From IMG/VR virus record IMGVR_UViG_3300032213_001637, positions 1 to 64,000 of that record: a stretch of 64,000 bases of DNA; one strand, given 5' to 3'. The notes beneath the pieces are model-generated. The model had not been told where the DNA came from. It worked only from the letters and a program-made list of their open reading frames with translations, and did no database searches. The number at the start of each line of letters is the position of its first letter. Within the stretch, counting starts at the first letter, position 1. This stretch comes from a virus. Below, in pieces: positions 46,541-56,697 of this stretch. The position numbers and the translations under genes were made by a program.

Positions 46541-47187
46541 AACCGTTTATTTCGTATTTAGTTACTTGTCATAATGAGGGTGTGCAACTGCGTGCCCTTT
46601 TATCTCTTCTTTTAAAGTACTCAGAAGGAAATCAAATTGTAGTATTAGATGATTATTCTACAGATCCAATTACTTTAGAAGTATTACATGAATATCAATC
46701 AGTTGTTGGTGTTAAATTGGTTGCACACCATCTCAATAAAGATTATGGTACACATAAAACTTATGGCACACAACAGTGTGACGGTGAATATGTGTTTCAA
46801 ATTGACGCAGACGAATTGCCCAGCGAAATTTTGTTGGCTAACTTATACGAACTTCTCAGATCAAATCCAAAATGTGAAATGTTTTGGGTTCCACGTGTAA
46901 ATAATTTCATTGGTGTAACCCCAGAAGATATCAAAAATTATGGTTGGCAAGTAAATGAAAAAGGTCACGTCATGTGGCCAGATTATCAATCTCGTATATA
47001 CAAAAACCAACCGAATATTCGGTGGGAACGTAAACTACATGAAACCATCATAGGATTCAAAGAGTTTACACGTATTCCCGCAATGGAAGAATTGTCGTTA
47101 TATCACACCAAGACAATTGAAAAACAACGTAACGATAACAAGAGATACATGAATGAATTTTCACTAGAAGATAATGTTAGAAAGTAA
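46537..47187 (+). CDS. GT2 glycosyltransferase (WaaE-like)
   Basis: TCHNE, DDYSTD, IDADE, PDYQ-x-R, LHE. Confidence 0.85.
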   Translation: MKPFISYLVTCHNEGVQLRALLSLLLKYSEGNQIVVLDDYSTDPITLEVLHEYQSVVGVKLVAHHLNKDYGTHKTYGTQQCDGEYVFQIDADELPSEILLANLYELLRSNPKCEMFWVPRVNNFIGVTPEDIKNYGWQVNEKGHVMWPDYQSRIYKNQPNIRWERKLHETIIGFKEFTRIPAMEELSLYHTKTIEKQRNDNKRYMNEFSLEDNVRK

Positions 47188-47189
47188 TC

Positions 47190-47906
47190 ATGGAAAAGAC
47201 ACCCGTATATTGTTTATATTCATCACAGATGGACGAAATATTTCACAGACATTTCCATCCGTCTTTTATAAAGTTTAATAAATATAATTATGATCTTCGT
47301 ATCTTTGAAACCAATGTTAATGGAAACGGAGATTATAATACAGATGAATACATTGAATGTTTACACAATAAAACAAGGTTGATGTTACATACTACAAAAG
47401 AAAATCTTGGTAGAACAATAATATGGACCGACATTGATATTAAGTTTTTCTCTACTATTGATTTAACATCGTTTGATAAAACATTTACGGCGTTAAAAGA
47501 AGATGAAAATCCATCAGATACCTTTGTAAATCCAGCATTTTGTAAAATAGAATGTAACGATATAATGGTAGATTTTTTTGAAAAACTATTAATTAGTTGT
47601 AAAAATAATGATGTACATGATATGGATGTTATCAATTACTTTGCGGATACCATTCCTAGTATCGAAGTTGGTACATTTGATTTTCGATATCTTCAATACA
47701 CATCATTGTCATATAGAAATGATACAATCCAATGTAATATATGTTCAAATAACCATGGATGTTATAAATGTACACATCAATTATCAAATTTAGATACAAT
47801 TGACACGTCAAAAATAATACTTTATCATGCAAATTGTACAATTAACACCGATAGAAGTACCAGCATGGAACTAAAACTAGAACAACTAAACTATCTATCA
47901 AAATGA
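47190..47906 (+). CDS. Nucleotide-diphospho-sugar transferase (GT77-like)
   Basis: WTDIDI, D-x3-IN, YHANC. Confidence 0.65.
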   Translation: MEKTPVYCLYSSQMDEIFHRHFHPSFIKFNKYNYDLRIFETNVNGNGDYNTDEYIECLHNKTRLMLHTTKENLGRTIIWTDIDIKFFSTIDLTSFDKTFTALKEDENPSDTFVNPAFCKIECNDIMVDFFEKLLISCKNNDVHDMDVINYFADTIPSIEVGTFDFRYLQYTSLSYRNDTIQCNICSNNHGCYKCTHQLSNLDTIDTSKIILYHANCTINTDRSTSMELKLEQLNYLSK

Positions 47907-48715
47907 TTACAGTTACAATAGGATCAAATGGAAGGTTTGGCAATCAAATGTTTCAATACGCATCGTTGATGGGTATTGCAGACAAACAAAATTGTTTATA
48001 CGGCGTTGATTATTCAGGTGAAAATACAATACCGTGGAATGAATTTACAGATAATGAAATTATTAACAAACAAACGTTTGTGTTGCCAAAAGCATTTCAA
48101 CTATCTGCATTACAATGTAATGAAAAGTATCGAATGGTTCATGAAGGACAACACTTTCACTTTAACCAAGACCTTTTTAAAATTGGTGATAATGTACATC
48201 TTCATGGGTATTTTCAAACCGAAAAGTATTTTAAACACATAGAATCTAAAGTTAGGTCGGAATTTACATTTAGACCAGATATTGTCAATACAGTAAATGA
48301 CTATTTAAAAAATAAACAATCATATGAAACTGTTTCTATTCATGCTCGTAGAGGTGATTATGTACATTTGTCACATCATGGTACATGTGATTTAACATAC
48401 TATACCAATGCCTTAAGTCATTTTACGGACAAATCATATAATTTTATAGTTGTATCAGATGATATTGATTGGGCAAAATCAACATTTAGTGGATGTGATA
48501 ACTTTTTTGTGTCAGAATATCGTAACCAATTTGTTGATATGTGTATTATGACTCAATGTAATCACAATATTATTGCTAATAGTACATTTAGTTGGTGGGG
48601 AGCGTGGTTAAATGCAAATCCAAATAAAAAGGTTATTTCACCATCACGATGGTTTGGTCCAAATGTTCTCTTAGACACAAAAGATTTATATATTCCAGAT
48701 TGGATTATAATATGA
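47903..48715 (+). CDS. GT11 alpha-1,2-fucosyltransferase-like
   Basis: GRFGNQMFQYA, GYFQTEKYF, H-x-RRGDY, SDD, NSTFSWWGAWL. Confidence 0.92.
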   Translation: MITVTIGSNGRFGNQMFQYASLMGIADKQNCLYGVDYSGENTIPWNEFTDNEIINKQTFVLPKAFQLSALQCNEKYRMVHEGQHFHFNQDLFKIGDNVHLHGYFQTEKYFKHIESKVRSEFTFRPDIVNTVNDYLKNKQSYETVSIHARRGDYVHLSHHGTCDLTYYTNALSHFTDKSYNFIVVSDDIDWAKSTFSGCDNFFVSEYRNQFVDMCIMTQCNHNIIANSTFSWWGAWLNANPNKKVISPSRWFGPNVLLDTKDLYIPDWIII

Positions 48716-49542
48716 AAATTCCAACAGAAATTCAAACAATACAAAAAGCAAAAACAATCACGGATGGATTGATTCCATTACAAGAGTGTACGTTTATTAT
48801 ACCCGTTTGCATCGAAAGTGAAGATAGAAAGAAGAACTTTACTATTATATATGATTATCTACGTCGTAACTTTGAAACAAACATTATTGTATACGAATGT
48901 TCCAAAGAACCTATCGTTTCATCTTTGATTAAAGATGATGTAACTTATATACATCAAAACATCCCAGATGAGTCATTTCATAGAACACGGTATCTAAACC
49001 GAATGTTAGCGTTATCAAACACCACAGTTACGGTAAATTATGACGCAGATGTAATTCTACCCATCGAATCATACCTAATGGCATACAAAAAAATAACTCG
49101 TCAAAATCATGATTTGGTATATCCGTTTGCTATTGGAAAATTCCAAAAGAAAGTTGATGCATCTGGAAGAGAAAAGTTGTTAAATCAATCATCTGTTGTA
49201 GAACTTACACCTCAAGATTACTCAGAGTGTGTTGCAGAATATGGTCACTGTCAATTTTTCAAAACATCATCTTATAAAAATTATGGTTGGGAAAATGAAA
49301 ACTTTATATCGTATGGTCCAGAAGATAGAGAACGATATGACAGATTCAAGAAGTTTAATACCGTGGTTACGCACCTTGATAAAGGGTTTGTATATCACAT
49401 CGAACATAGTCGTGGATCAGACTCCAGCGAAAAAAATCCTTATTTCAAATCCAACAATGATTTATATAAAAAATTGAGTGATATGAATCAAGATCAATTA
49501 AATACCTATTATAACGGCGTTGAGTATTTGAAGAATTATTAA
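48712..49542 (+). CDS. GT7/GT2-like galactosyltransferase-domain protein
   Basis: YDADV, ENENF-x2-YG-x-ED, H-x-EH; start moved to 48712. Confidence 0.75.
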   Translation: MKIPTEIQTIQKAKTITDGLIPLQECTFIIPVCIESEDRKKNFTIIYDYLRRNFETNIIVYECSKEPIVSSLIKDDVTYIHQNIPDESFHRTRYLNRMLALSNTTVTVNYDADVILPIESYLMAYKKITRQNHDLVYPFAIGKFQKKVDASGREKLLNQSSVVELTPQDYSECVAEYGHCQFFKTSSYKNYGWENENFISYGPEDRERYDRFKKFNTVVTHLDKGFVYHIEHSRGSDSSEKNPYFKSNNDLYKKLSDMNQDQLNTYYNGVEYLKNY

Positions 49543-49545
49543 GTT

Positions 49546-50256
49546 ATGAAGATTGCCATTATTACGTTAGCTACTAATAAATACAAATCGTTTTTACACC
49601 CGTTGTGGACATCGGTTAAAACACACTTTTTGCCAAGTGCACAAAAAGATTTTTACTTTTTTACGGATGAAAAGTTAGAATGGTTTGACGACTCAATTAA
49701 ATGGTGTCAAATTGACCATCAACCTTGGCCATACATTACATTAAAACGTTTTGAGTTTATATCATCGTATCTAAAAGAACTAACTCAATATGATTATGTA
49801 TTCTATGTCGATAGTGATATGGAATTTGTAGATACATTAAGTCGTTTTGATATTGGAGATAAAAAATATTACGCTGTTTGTCATCCATCTGTTGTAGCTA
49901 ATTTAAACTTCTGGCCTGTTGAAACCAATTCTAATTCAACCGCATATATTCCAGAACGTCACCGTTGTGTTTACGTTCAAGGATGTGTGTGGGGTGCAAA
50001 AGGAAGTCACATCGAATATATGGTCAGTTTGATGAAGAATAACATCAATATAGATCTTCAGAACGATATCATTGCGGTATGGCATGATGAATCTCACCTT
50101 AACAAATTCATAGTTGATCATCGAACCGAAGTAGCTATTTTGAGTCCTAGTATGGCATATCCAGAACATTGGAATTTGCCTGTAAATAAATTGATGATAC
50201 ATAAAGATAAGAATATGGTTGAGTATCCAAGATTCAAAGGAGCCTCACCAACATGA
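49546..50256 (+). CDS. GT6 (ABO/alpha-1,3-Gal(NAc) transferase family)
   Basis: ATNKY, FFTD, WP-x2-TL-x-RF, YVDSDM, WHDESHLNK. Confidence 0.9.
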   Translation: MKIAIITLATNKYKSFLHPLWTSVKTHFLPSAQKDFYFFTDEKLEWFDDSIKWCQIDHQPWPYITLKRFEFISSYLKELTQYDYVFYVDSDMEFVDTLSRFDIGDKKYYAVCHPSVVANLNFWPVETNSNSTAYIPERHRCVYVQGCVWGAKGSHIEYMVSLMKNNINIDLQNDIIAVWHDESHLNKFIVDHRTEVAILSPSMAYPEHWNLPVNKLMIHKDKNMVEYPRFKGASPT

Positions 50257-51215
50257 AAATAGTTATTTGGGGTCATCCTCTATATTCACATACTCATTCG
50301 TATGTTCATTCTTCATACTACAAAGCATTATCTCATATGGGTCATGAAGTACATTGGTTTCATGACAAAGATTATCCCAAAGATTTTGACTATTCCGATT
50401 GTATTTTTATCACCGAAGGATTTGCGGATCAGAACATTCCTCTAAATAATACAAGTACATACTTTGTAATGTATTGTCCGTCACCAAAAAAGTATTTGGA
50501 AGCGGGTGTTAAACGTTATATTGACGTTAGATGTGTAGCAAAAGATCATAAAGATCACATACACGAATACTCAATAGATAAAACAATAACTCAAAAGGTT
50601 GGTCCATCATGTTATTATGTACCAAAAACCAACCAACAAGTACACATAAAAAACAATTATGTAGATTACATCATTGATGATTTTGATAAGTTTTACTTGA
50701 GTTGGGCAACCAATTTATTGCCTGAAGAATTTAACCTCGACGACGTTTATCTTCCCAGAGAAAACGCAATTTATTTCTGCGGAAGTCTTTCCAATTCAGG
50801 TGTATGTGAAAACATGAGCAATTGGCTTCCATTTATGCAAGAGTGTAAACGTAATAATATCACGTTTTATCACAACGATCCATGGAAAAATCCTTTGTCA
50901 GATGATAAAGTAAAAGAACTTGTTCAAAAATCATTATTGGGAATTGATATTCGTGGACCAGAACACGAAAGAACTGGCATCATTACATGTCGAATATTTA
51001 AAAACGTCAGTTATGGTCATTTGGGATTGACCAATTCCAAAGAAATATACAATGAAATGGAAGGAAATTGTTTATACAATCCAAATCCATCAGAGTTGTT
51101 TAATATTGGTATACGAAACCGAACAAACTATGATTTCATCAAAAAATCAATGTTGTATGTAAAAGAGAATCATACTTATGTGAACAGAATTAATAGTCTA
51201 TTTTCAATTTTATAA
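50253..51215 (+). CDS. GT-B glycosyltransferase-like protein
   Basis: HTHSY-x-H, CRIFKN-x-SYG, HTYVNR. Confidence 0.6.
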   Translation: MKIVIWGHPLYSHTHSYVHSSYYKALSHMGHEVHWFHDKDYPKDFDYSDCIFITEGFADQNIPLNNTSTYFVMYCPSPKKYLEAGVKRYIDVRCVAKDHKDHIHEYSIDKTITQKVGPSCYYVPKTNQQVHIKNNYVDYIIDDFDKFYLSWATNLLPEEFNLDDVYLPRENAIYFCGSLSNSGVCENMSNWLPFMQECKRNNITFYHNDPWKNPLSDDKVKELVQKSLLGIDIRGPEHERTGIITCRIFKNVSYGHLGLTNSKEIYNEMEGNCLYNPNPSELFNIGIRNRTNYDFIKKSMLYVKENHTYVNRINSLFSIL

Positions 51216-51218
51216 TTT

Positions 51219-51824
51219 ATGTTTAGATCACAAGCACATCAAGATCAATTTGCACACAAGATTCTAAATGGAAAACACAATGGTTATTTCGTAGACATTG
51301 GAAGTTGTGGTGCAGTAGATCATAACAATAGTTACTTTTTTGAATCCATCGGATGGAAAGGTATTTGCGTTGAAATCGAAAAAGGATACGCTCCTACATA
51401 TTCATCAAGGACATGTCAATTTATAAATCAAAACGCACTAACAGTTGATTATAAAAATCTATTCGAAAGTCTTTCTTATCCATCTGTGATTGACTACCTC
51501 TCACTTGATATAGACCAATTTAGTACTGACGCTCTTAAATTGTTACCACATGACTCTTATCAATTTAGCGTTATTACTATTGAACATGATGCATACATTT
51601 ATGGAGACACATTTCGTATACCACAACGTGAATATCTAAAAAATCTTGGATATCATCTATTAGGATCAAATGTACGTGTTCCAGATTTACATTTTAAATC
51701 ATTAAGTACATTAAATCATTTGAATAATAATGGGTTTGAAGATTGGTGGGTACATCCTTCTTTGAATAAAAATAATTACTATTTCGAAAGTTCATTTCCA
51801 GAAAATCTAATTGCACAATTGTGA
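51219..51824 (+). CDS. FkbM-like SAM methyltransferase
   Basis: SQ-x2-QD, GYFVDIG, GWKGICVE, IDYLSLDID, TIEHD. Confidence 0.8.
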   Translation: MFRSQAHQDQFAHKILNGKHNGYFVDIGSCGAVDHNNSYFFESIGWKGICVEIEKGYAPTYSSRTCQFINQNALTVDYKNLFESLSYPSVIDYLSLDIDQFSTDALKLLPHDSYQFSVITIEHDAYIYGDTFRIPQREYLKNLGYHLLGSNVRVPDLHFKSLSTLNHLNNNGFEDWWVHPSLNKNNYYFESSFPENLIAQL

Positions 51825-52759
51825 AATTATTTTTAGTTAACCATAAAGTAAAAAATTGTGGCGTGTACCAATATGGTAAACGTGTTGCATCTATTATTTC
51901 CAAGTCAAAAAACCTAATCGTTCATTATTTGGAAATGGATAACCGAGATGAATTTAAAAAAGAAGTTGATCTGCATAAACCTCAAGTGATTGTTTATAAT
52001 CATCTCACAGGTACAATGCCGTGGGTTGACGGTGAGTATGTTAACCAACTTCGTCAATTGGGAATTAAACAAGGAACTATTGTTCACAATGTTGCGTACT
52101 CTACATTCTTTGATTTTTATCTACACCAAGATCCCAATTATAAACCTAACGAAAACAATTATCGGTTATTGAGACCATTGTTTCAATATACCAACAAGAC
52201 CAATTTAAATCCAAACAAACTAAAGATTGGGTCATTTGGATTCGGATTTGCATCAAAACAATATGAAAGTCTATGTGCGTGTATACGAGACAATTTTCAT
52301 CGAACCACATTTCCAGTTGAATTAAGGTTACATCTTACACATTCACATTTCTGTGAAAATTCCAGAGACATTGAAACGATTAAGTTTGTATCAAATAGAA
52401 TACTAAACAATCCTAATATCACTTTGAATATTACCACAAATTTTATCAGTGATGACGAACTGTTGGAATTTCTTGCCGGTAATGATCTCAATATCTTCTT
52501 CTATCAAAAATATCCAAGTTACAATGGTATATCATCATCCATAGATTACGCATTGTCAGTAAAACGTCCTATTGCGATTTGTCGTAGCAACATGTTTTCA
52601 CACATTTGGAATACAACTCCATCTATTTGCGCCGAAGATTCTTCATTAAAAGAAATAATCAACAACGGTTTTGGTCCTTTAGAACACTATTATAATCAGT
52701 GGTCACATTCAAATTTCATTAAAGTATTCGAAGACAATATTAAAAATGTAGTGTTATGA
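51821..52759 (+). CDS. GT-B glycosyltransferase-like protein
   Basis: CGVYQYG, GSFGF, GISS-x2-DYALS-x2-RP; GTG start. Confidence 0.6.
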   Translation: MKLFLVNHKVKNCGVYQYGKRVASIISKSKNLIVHYLEMDNRDEFKKEVDLHKPQVIVYNHLTGTMPWVDGEYVNQLRQLGIKQGTIVHNVAYSTFFDFYLHQDPNYKPNENNYRLLRPLFQYTNKTNLNPNKLKIGSFGFGFASKQYESLCACIRDNFHRTTFPVELRLHLTHSHFCENSRDIETIKFVSNRILNNPNITLNITTNFISDDELLEFLAGNDLNIFFYQKYPSYNGISSSIDYALSVKRPIAICRSNMFSHIWNTTPSICAEDSSLKEIINNGFGPLEHYYNQWSHSNFIKVFEDNIKNVVL

Positions 52760-53502
52760 TAACGTTGGGAGTTTTAGTTACATGTTATAATGAAGTACGA
52801 GCGGTAGAATATTCCTTAACATATTTCAGGAAAATATACCGCTCTACAAATATTTACCTTACCACCGAAAGTCACGATTCAGACTACAATAGTTTATTGA
52901 ATCTAAATAACATTAGTATCAATCATGTTGACGATACAATGTATTTTATAAAAGAAGTCACAGATCAGAACTTTTTAGAGCCATATTTTCAAGAAAAAAT
53001 ACTATTTGCAACACGATCATTCTTAAATCGTGTCAAACAAGCAATTGAATACTGTCAAAGTGATTATTTGTTATTAATGGATCCTGACACCCTTGTTCGT
53101 GGACCATTATCAATTCCACAAGGAGCCAAGTTATTAGGATCTAGAATAAATTGGGGATTGCCTATGGCGTTGAGAACCATATTGACACAAACACCCGGCG
53201 CAATTGATATTAACTGTTGGGGAGCAACTCCAGCAATAATTCATTGTGATACTTTTTTGAAATCATATAAGTATGTGATGGAACAAGATCCAACCTTTTT
53301 ACCACGTATTGCAAAAACGTTTTATGCTATTTTTGCACATGACGTAATTCTCCCAATTTTATTTGCATTACAAGGAGAGCAAGAAATATTTAATAGTCAG
53401 ATTATCGAGTGTGGTCGATATCCGTATTGGCAACAAACATCACATCCAATAGTACATCAATTTAAATATTTATATGACAACAATCGTAACATCGTTTATT
53501 AA
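52756..53502 (+). CDS. GT2-like glycosyltransferase
   Basis: TCYNE; DYLLLMDPD. Confidence 0.55.
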   Translation: MITLGVLVTCYNEVRAVEYSLTYFRKIYRSTNIYLTTESHDSDYNSLLNLNNISINHVDDTMYFIKEVTDQNFLEPYFQEKILFATRSFLNRVKQAIEYCQSDYLLLMDPDTLVRGPLSIPQGAKLLGSRINWGLPMALRTILTQTPGAIDINCWGATPAIIHCDTFLKSYKYVMEQDPTFLPRIAKTFYAIFAHDVILPILFALQGEQEIFNSQIIECGRYPYWQQTSHPIVHQFKYLYDNNRNIVY

Positions 53503-53541
53503 CGGTATACTACAAATCGGTGTAAATGTTACATAAAACTT

Positions 53542-54360
53542 ATGAGTAAATTATCTGCTGTATTTATTGGAAATTGTCAAAATTCTGGAATTGTTACTTA
53601 TCTTAAAAAGAACAAAGAATTTGCAGACAATTACGAGGTAAAAATTTACGCAAATTGGGAAATGATTAAAAATAAAGATTCTTTGCCGATCAAAGAATTA
53701 TTAACTGCTGATTTATTTGTGTATCAACCATTACCCGATATATATGGCTGTTATTCTACAGATCCAACCGTCCCCGATTCTTTAATTCACTATTTAAAGT
53801 CATCATGTATTCAAATTTCGTATCCATACGTATTTAACTCAGCATTATGGCCTATATATCAAAAAGGACATGAACAAAATTCTTGGTTTGGAGATAGTGT
53901 TATAAATAAATTGTTATTATCAAAAGCAACTCATGATGATATAATTAAACTATATCAATCAAATCAAATTGATTGGGAATATGAAAATAGGTTCAATGAA
54001 TCAATGTCAATTCTAAAAACTAAAGAAATTATAACCGACGTAAAGATTTCTAATTATATCGAATCAGAATTACAAAATCGTCTTTTGTTTTTAATTCCAC
54101 AACATCCTACAAGCATTATATTTTTAAACATGGTTAATCAAATTTTAACAAAACTAAAAATGAATCAATTAAATGAGGATGTTATATTAGACAAAAATGA
54201 AACAAAATTACCAGACTCAACATATAACAATCCCAATGGAATGTTTCCAATTCACGCATCAGTAATTAATCATTATGGATTAAAAAACTGTGATGGTTAT
54301 GTACTTGATGCAAATCAGTTTTATTTGGATAAACTTATAAAATATATAAATATGTTATAG
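53542..54360 (+). CDS. WcbI-like polysaccharide-modification protein
   Basis: GNCQ, DLFVYQP, HPT motifs. Confidence 0.65.
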   Translation: MSKLSAVFIGNCQNSGIVTYLKKNKEFADNYEVKIYANWEMIKNKDSLPIKELLTADLFVYQPLPDIYGCYSTDPTVPDSLIHYLKSSCIQISYPYVFNSALWPIYQKGHEQNSWFGDSVINKLLLSKATHDDIIKLYQSNQIDWEYENRFNESMSILKTKEIITDVKISNYIESELQNRLLFLIPQHPTSIIFLNMVNQILTKLKMNQLNEDVILDKNETKLPDSTYNNPNGMFPIHASVINHYGLKNCDGYVLDANQFYLDKLIKYINML

Positions 54361-54383
54361 TATTTACTATTAAAATAATAATT

Positions 54384-55133
54384 ATGACAACAATAGTTAC
54401 AGCGTTATTTGATATTAACAGAAAACAATACGGCGACGGACGGTCATTTGAAAAATATTTAGAATGGCTTCCGGAAACATTATCATTATCTTCAAATTAT
54501 GTTATCTACACTGAAGATAAAGTTGTACCATATATTCCAAAAAAAGATAACATCAAGGTTATAGTTTCATCATTGGAAGAAGTTCCACTATATCACAAAC
54601 ACGATCAAATTGAATCAATACTTAAAAATCCAGAGTATTTAAACAAAATTAAAGATCCTCACCGCGTTGAATGTGTTTTACCGTTATATAACATAATTCA
54701 ATATTCAAAGTTTGAATGGTTAAAACGAACAATCAAAGAAAATCCATTCAATTCATCATACTTTTTTTGGATGGACGCTGGGTGTAGTCGTTTTTTTGAT
54801 AACCTCCCAAACTCTTTTCCCAATCCAGATAAACTTCCACCCAAGTTTTTGATTCAAGGTAATGCCAATACTAATAGAATTGTTATTGACGATAGTTACA
54901 AATGGATGTCAGACTGTGTATTGGTAGGCACGTTCTTTGGAGGTCATTACGAATACGTAACCAAGGTTTCTGATCTCACGTTACAGTTCTTACAAGAAGA
55001 AATGTTGGATCAAAATATGATTAATAACGAACAAATTGCATTAGCTTACATTTGTAAGCGTAATCCATCATTGTTTAATGTATATATACAGTTGAACGGA
55101 CAACACTTACCCGTGTTAAAAATACTTGTATGA
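54384..55133 (+). CDS. HtrL/WlaTC-like glycosyltransferase
   Basis: TIVTA-x-FDI-x-R, SKF...NPF-x-S-x-YFFWMDAG, FFGG, NEQ. Confidence 0.75.
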   Translation: MTTIVTALFDINRKQYGDGRSFEKYLEWLPETLSLSSNYVIYTEDKVVPYIPKKDNIKVIVSSLEEVPLYHKHDQIESILKNPEYLNKIKDPHRVECVLPLYNIIQYSKFEWLKRTIKENPFNSSYFFWMDAGCSRFFDNLPNSFPNPDKLPPKFLIQGNANTNRIVIDDSYKWMSDCVLVGTFFGGHYEYVTKVSDLTLQFLQEEMLDQNMINNEQIALAYICKRNPSLFNVYIQLNGQHLPVLKILV

Positions 55134-55750
55134 ACGAAACATTTTTTGCAGAACATAAAGAGGATCAATTTCTTAGATTAAAATACTTTCCTGATTATAG
55201 TTACAAAGGTACTTTGGTTGAAGTCGGTGGAGCAACTCCCGAGTTTATATCTGTATCTCGTCACTTCACATTAAACGAATGGAGAACAGTTATTGTAGAA
55301 CCAAATCCTACATTTGCTAAACAACACCGTGATATTGGAAATGAAATATACGAATATGCACTATCTGACACTGAGGAAGATGATGTTGATTTTACATTGG
55401 TACATATCACCGGAGGCAATGTCACCGATCACGCATTTTCTTCTTTAAAGATTAAAGACTCATATCAGTCAATATCAAATGGATGGGTGAATAAATTAAA
55501 TAAAACCCAAATTAAAGTTAAACAACGTCGTTTGGACACAATAATTAAAGAAGCGAACATCGAACATATAGACATTCTTTCAGTTGATACCGAAGGTTGG
55601 GAATTAGAAGTTATGAAAGGACTTAGTTTACTTAGACCCAAGGTAATCATGTTGGAAAATCTATTTAATGAAAACTCGTATCGTGAATATATGACCGAAA
55701 GAGGTTATAAGTTTGATACACGAATTAAAGACTGTGACATTTATCTATGA
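55130..55750 (+). CDS. FkbM family methyltransferase
   Basis: VEVGG, VEPNP, IDILSVDTEGWELEVMKG. Confidence 0.85.
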   Translation: MNETFFAEHKEDQFLRLKYFPDYSYKGTLVEVGGATPEFISVSRHFTLNEWRTVIVEPNPTFAKQHRDIGNEIYEYALSDTEEDDVDFTLVHITGGNVTDHAFSSLKIKDSYQSISNGWVNKLNKTQIKVKQRRLDTIIKEANIEHIDILSVDTEGWELEVMKGLSLLRPKVIMLENLFNENSYREYMTERGYKFDTRIKDCDIYL

Positions 55751-56694
55751 AAATTTCAATTATTGGACCCGGAATTATGCCCATACCTCCTAAAGGATGG
55801 GGTGCTGTAGAATCTCTGATATGGGATTATAATATCGAATTAACCAAACTTGGTTACGATGTGCAAATTGTCAACACACAAAATCGTCAAGAGATTATTA
55901 ATCAAGTTAATCAATATAATCCTGACTTTGTACATCTTCAATACGACGACTTGTTTGATGTGTTACCATATATCAAATGTAAACACAAAGCCGCAACTAC
56001 CCATTATGGCTACCTAGAACAACCACATCGTTACGGTGGATATGCTCGAATCTTTGAAGCATTTCTTCGTGGAGACTTTAACATCATCTGTTTATCAGAA
56101 GGTATCAAAAACGTATATAAAAAATATGGTGCCAATGAAAATAGATTGTACATAGTGTGTAACGGTGCAAGACAAGACATGTTCCGATATACCTCCACGC
56201 CATCTAAACCCGAAAAGAGCGTTTATCTCGCTAAAATCACAGATCGAAAACGTCAGTGGATGTATCAAAACATCAATGACATTGACTTTATTGGCAATAA
56301 GGACGATAATCGGTTTAATTTCTCTCGTCCAAACTATATTGGAGAATGGGATAAGCCTACATTGTATGACAATCTAACCAATTATGCCAACTTGGTATTA
56401 TTGAGTGATGGAGAAGCAGATCCACTTGTGACTAAGGAAGCGTTAATTGCGGGTCTTGGAGTGGTTATTTCAGAATGTTCTGTTGCTAATTTGGACTTGT
56501 CAAAACCATATATTAGTGTAATATCTGAAGATAAAATTTACGATTTAAACTACATTCGTGGCGTTATTGAAACCAACAGACAACAATCGTTGTTACACCG
56601 TGATGAAATTCGTCAATATGGAATTACTAATTTTGCGTGGGAAAACGTTGTGAAACAATATATTAATGTAGTAAATCAAATTATCTCAAAATAA
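55747..56694 (+). CDS. GT4 glycosyltransferase
   Basis: IPPKGWGAVE, RKRQ, EADPLVTKEAL, F-x-W. Confidence 0.82.
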   Translation: MKISIIGPGIMPIPPKGWGAVESLIWDYNIELTKLGYDVQIVNTQNRQEIINQVNQYNPDFVHLQYDDLFDVLPYIKCKHKAATTHYGYLEQPHRYGGYARIFEAFLRGDFNIICLSEGIKNVYKKYGANENRLYIVCNGARQDMFRYTSTPSKPEKSVYLAKITDRKRQWMYQNINDIDFIGNKDDNRFNFSRPNYIGEWDKPTLYDNLTNYANLVLLSDGEADPLVTKEALIAGLGVVISECSVANLDLSKPYISVISEDKIYDLNYIRGVIETNRQQSLLHRDEIRQYGITNFAWENVVKQYINVVNQIISK

Positions 56695-56697
56695 GTT

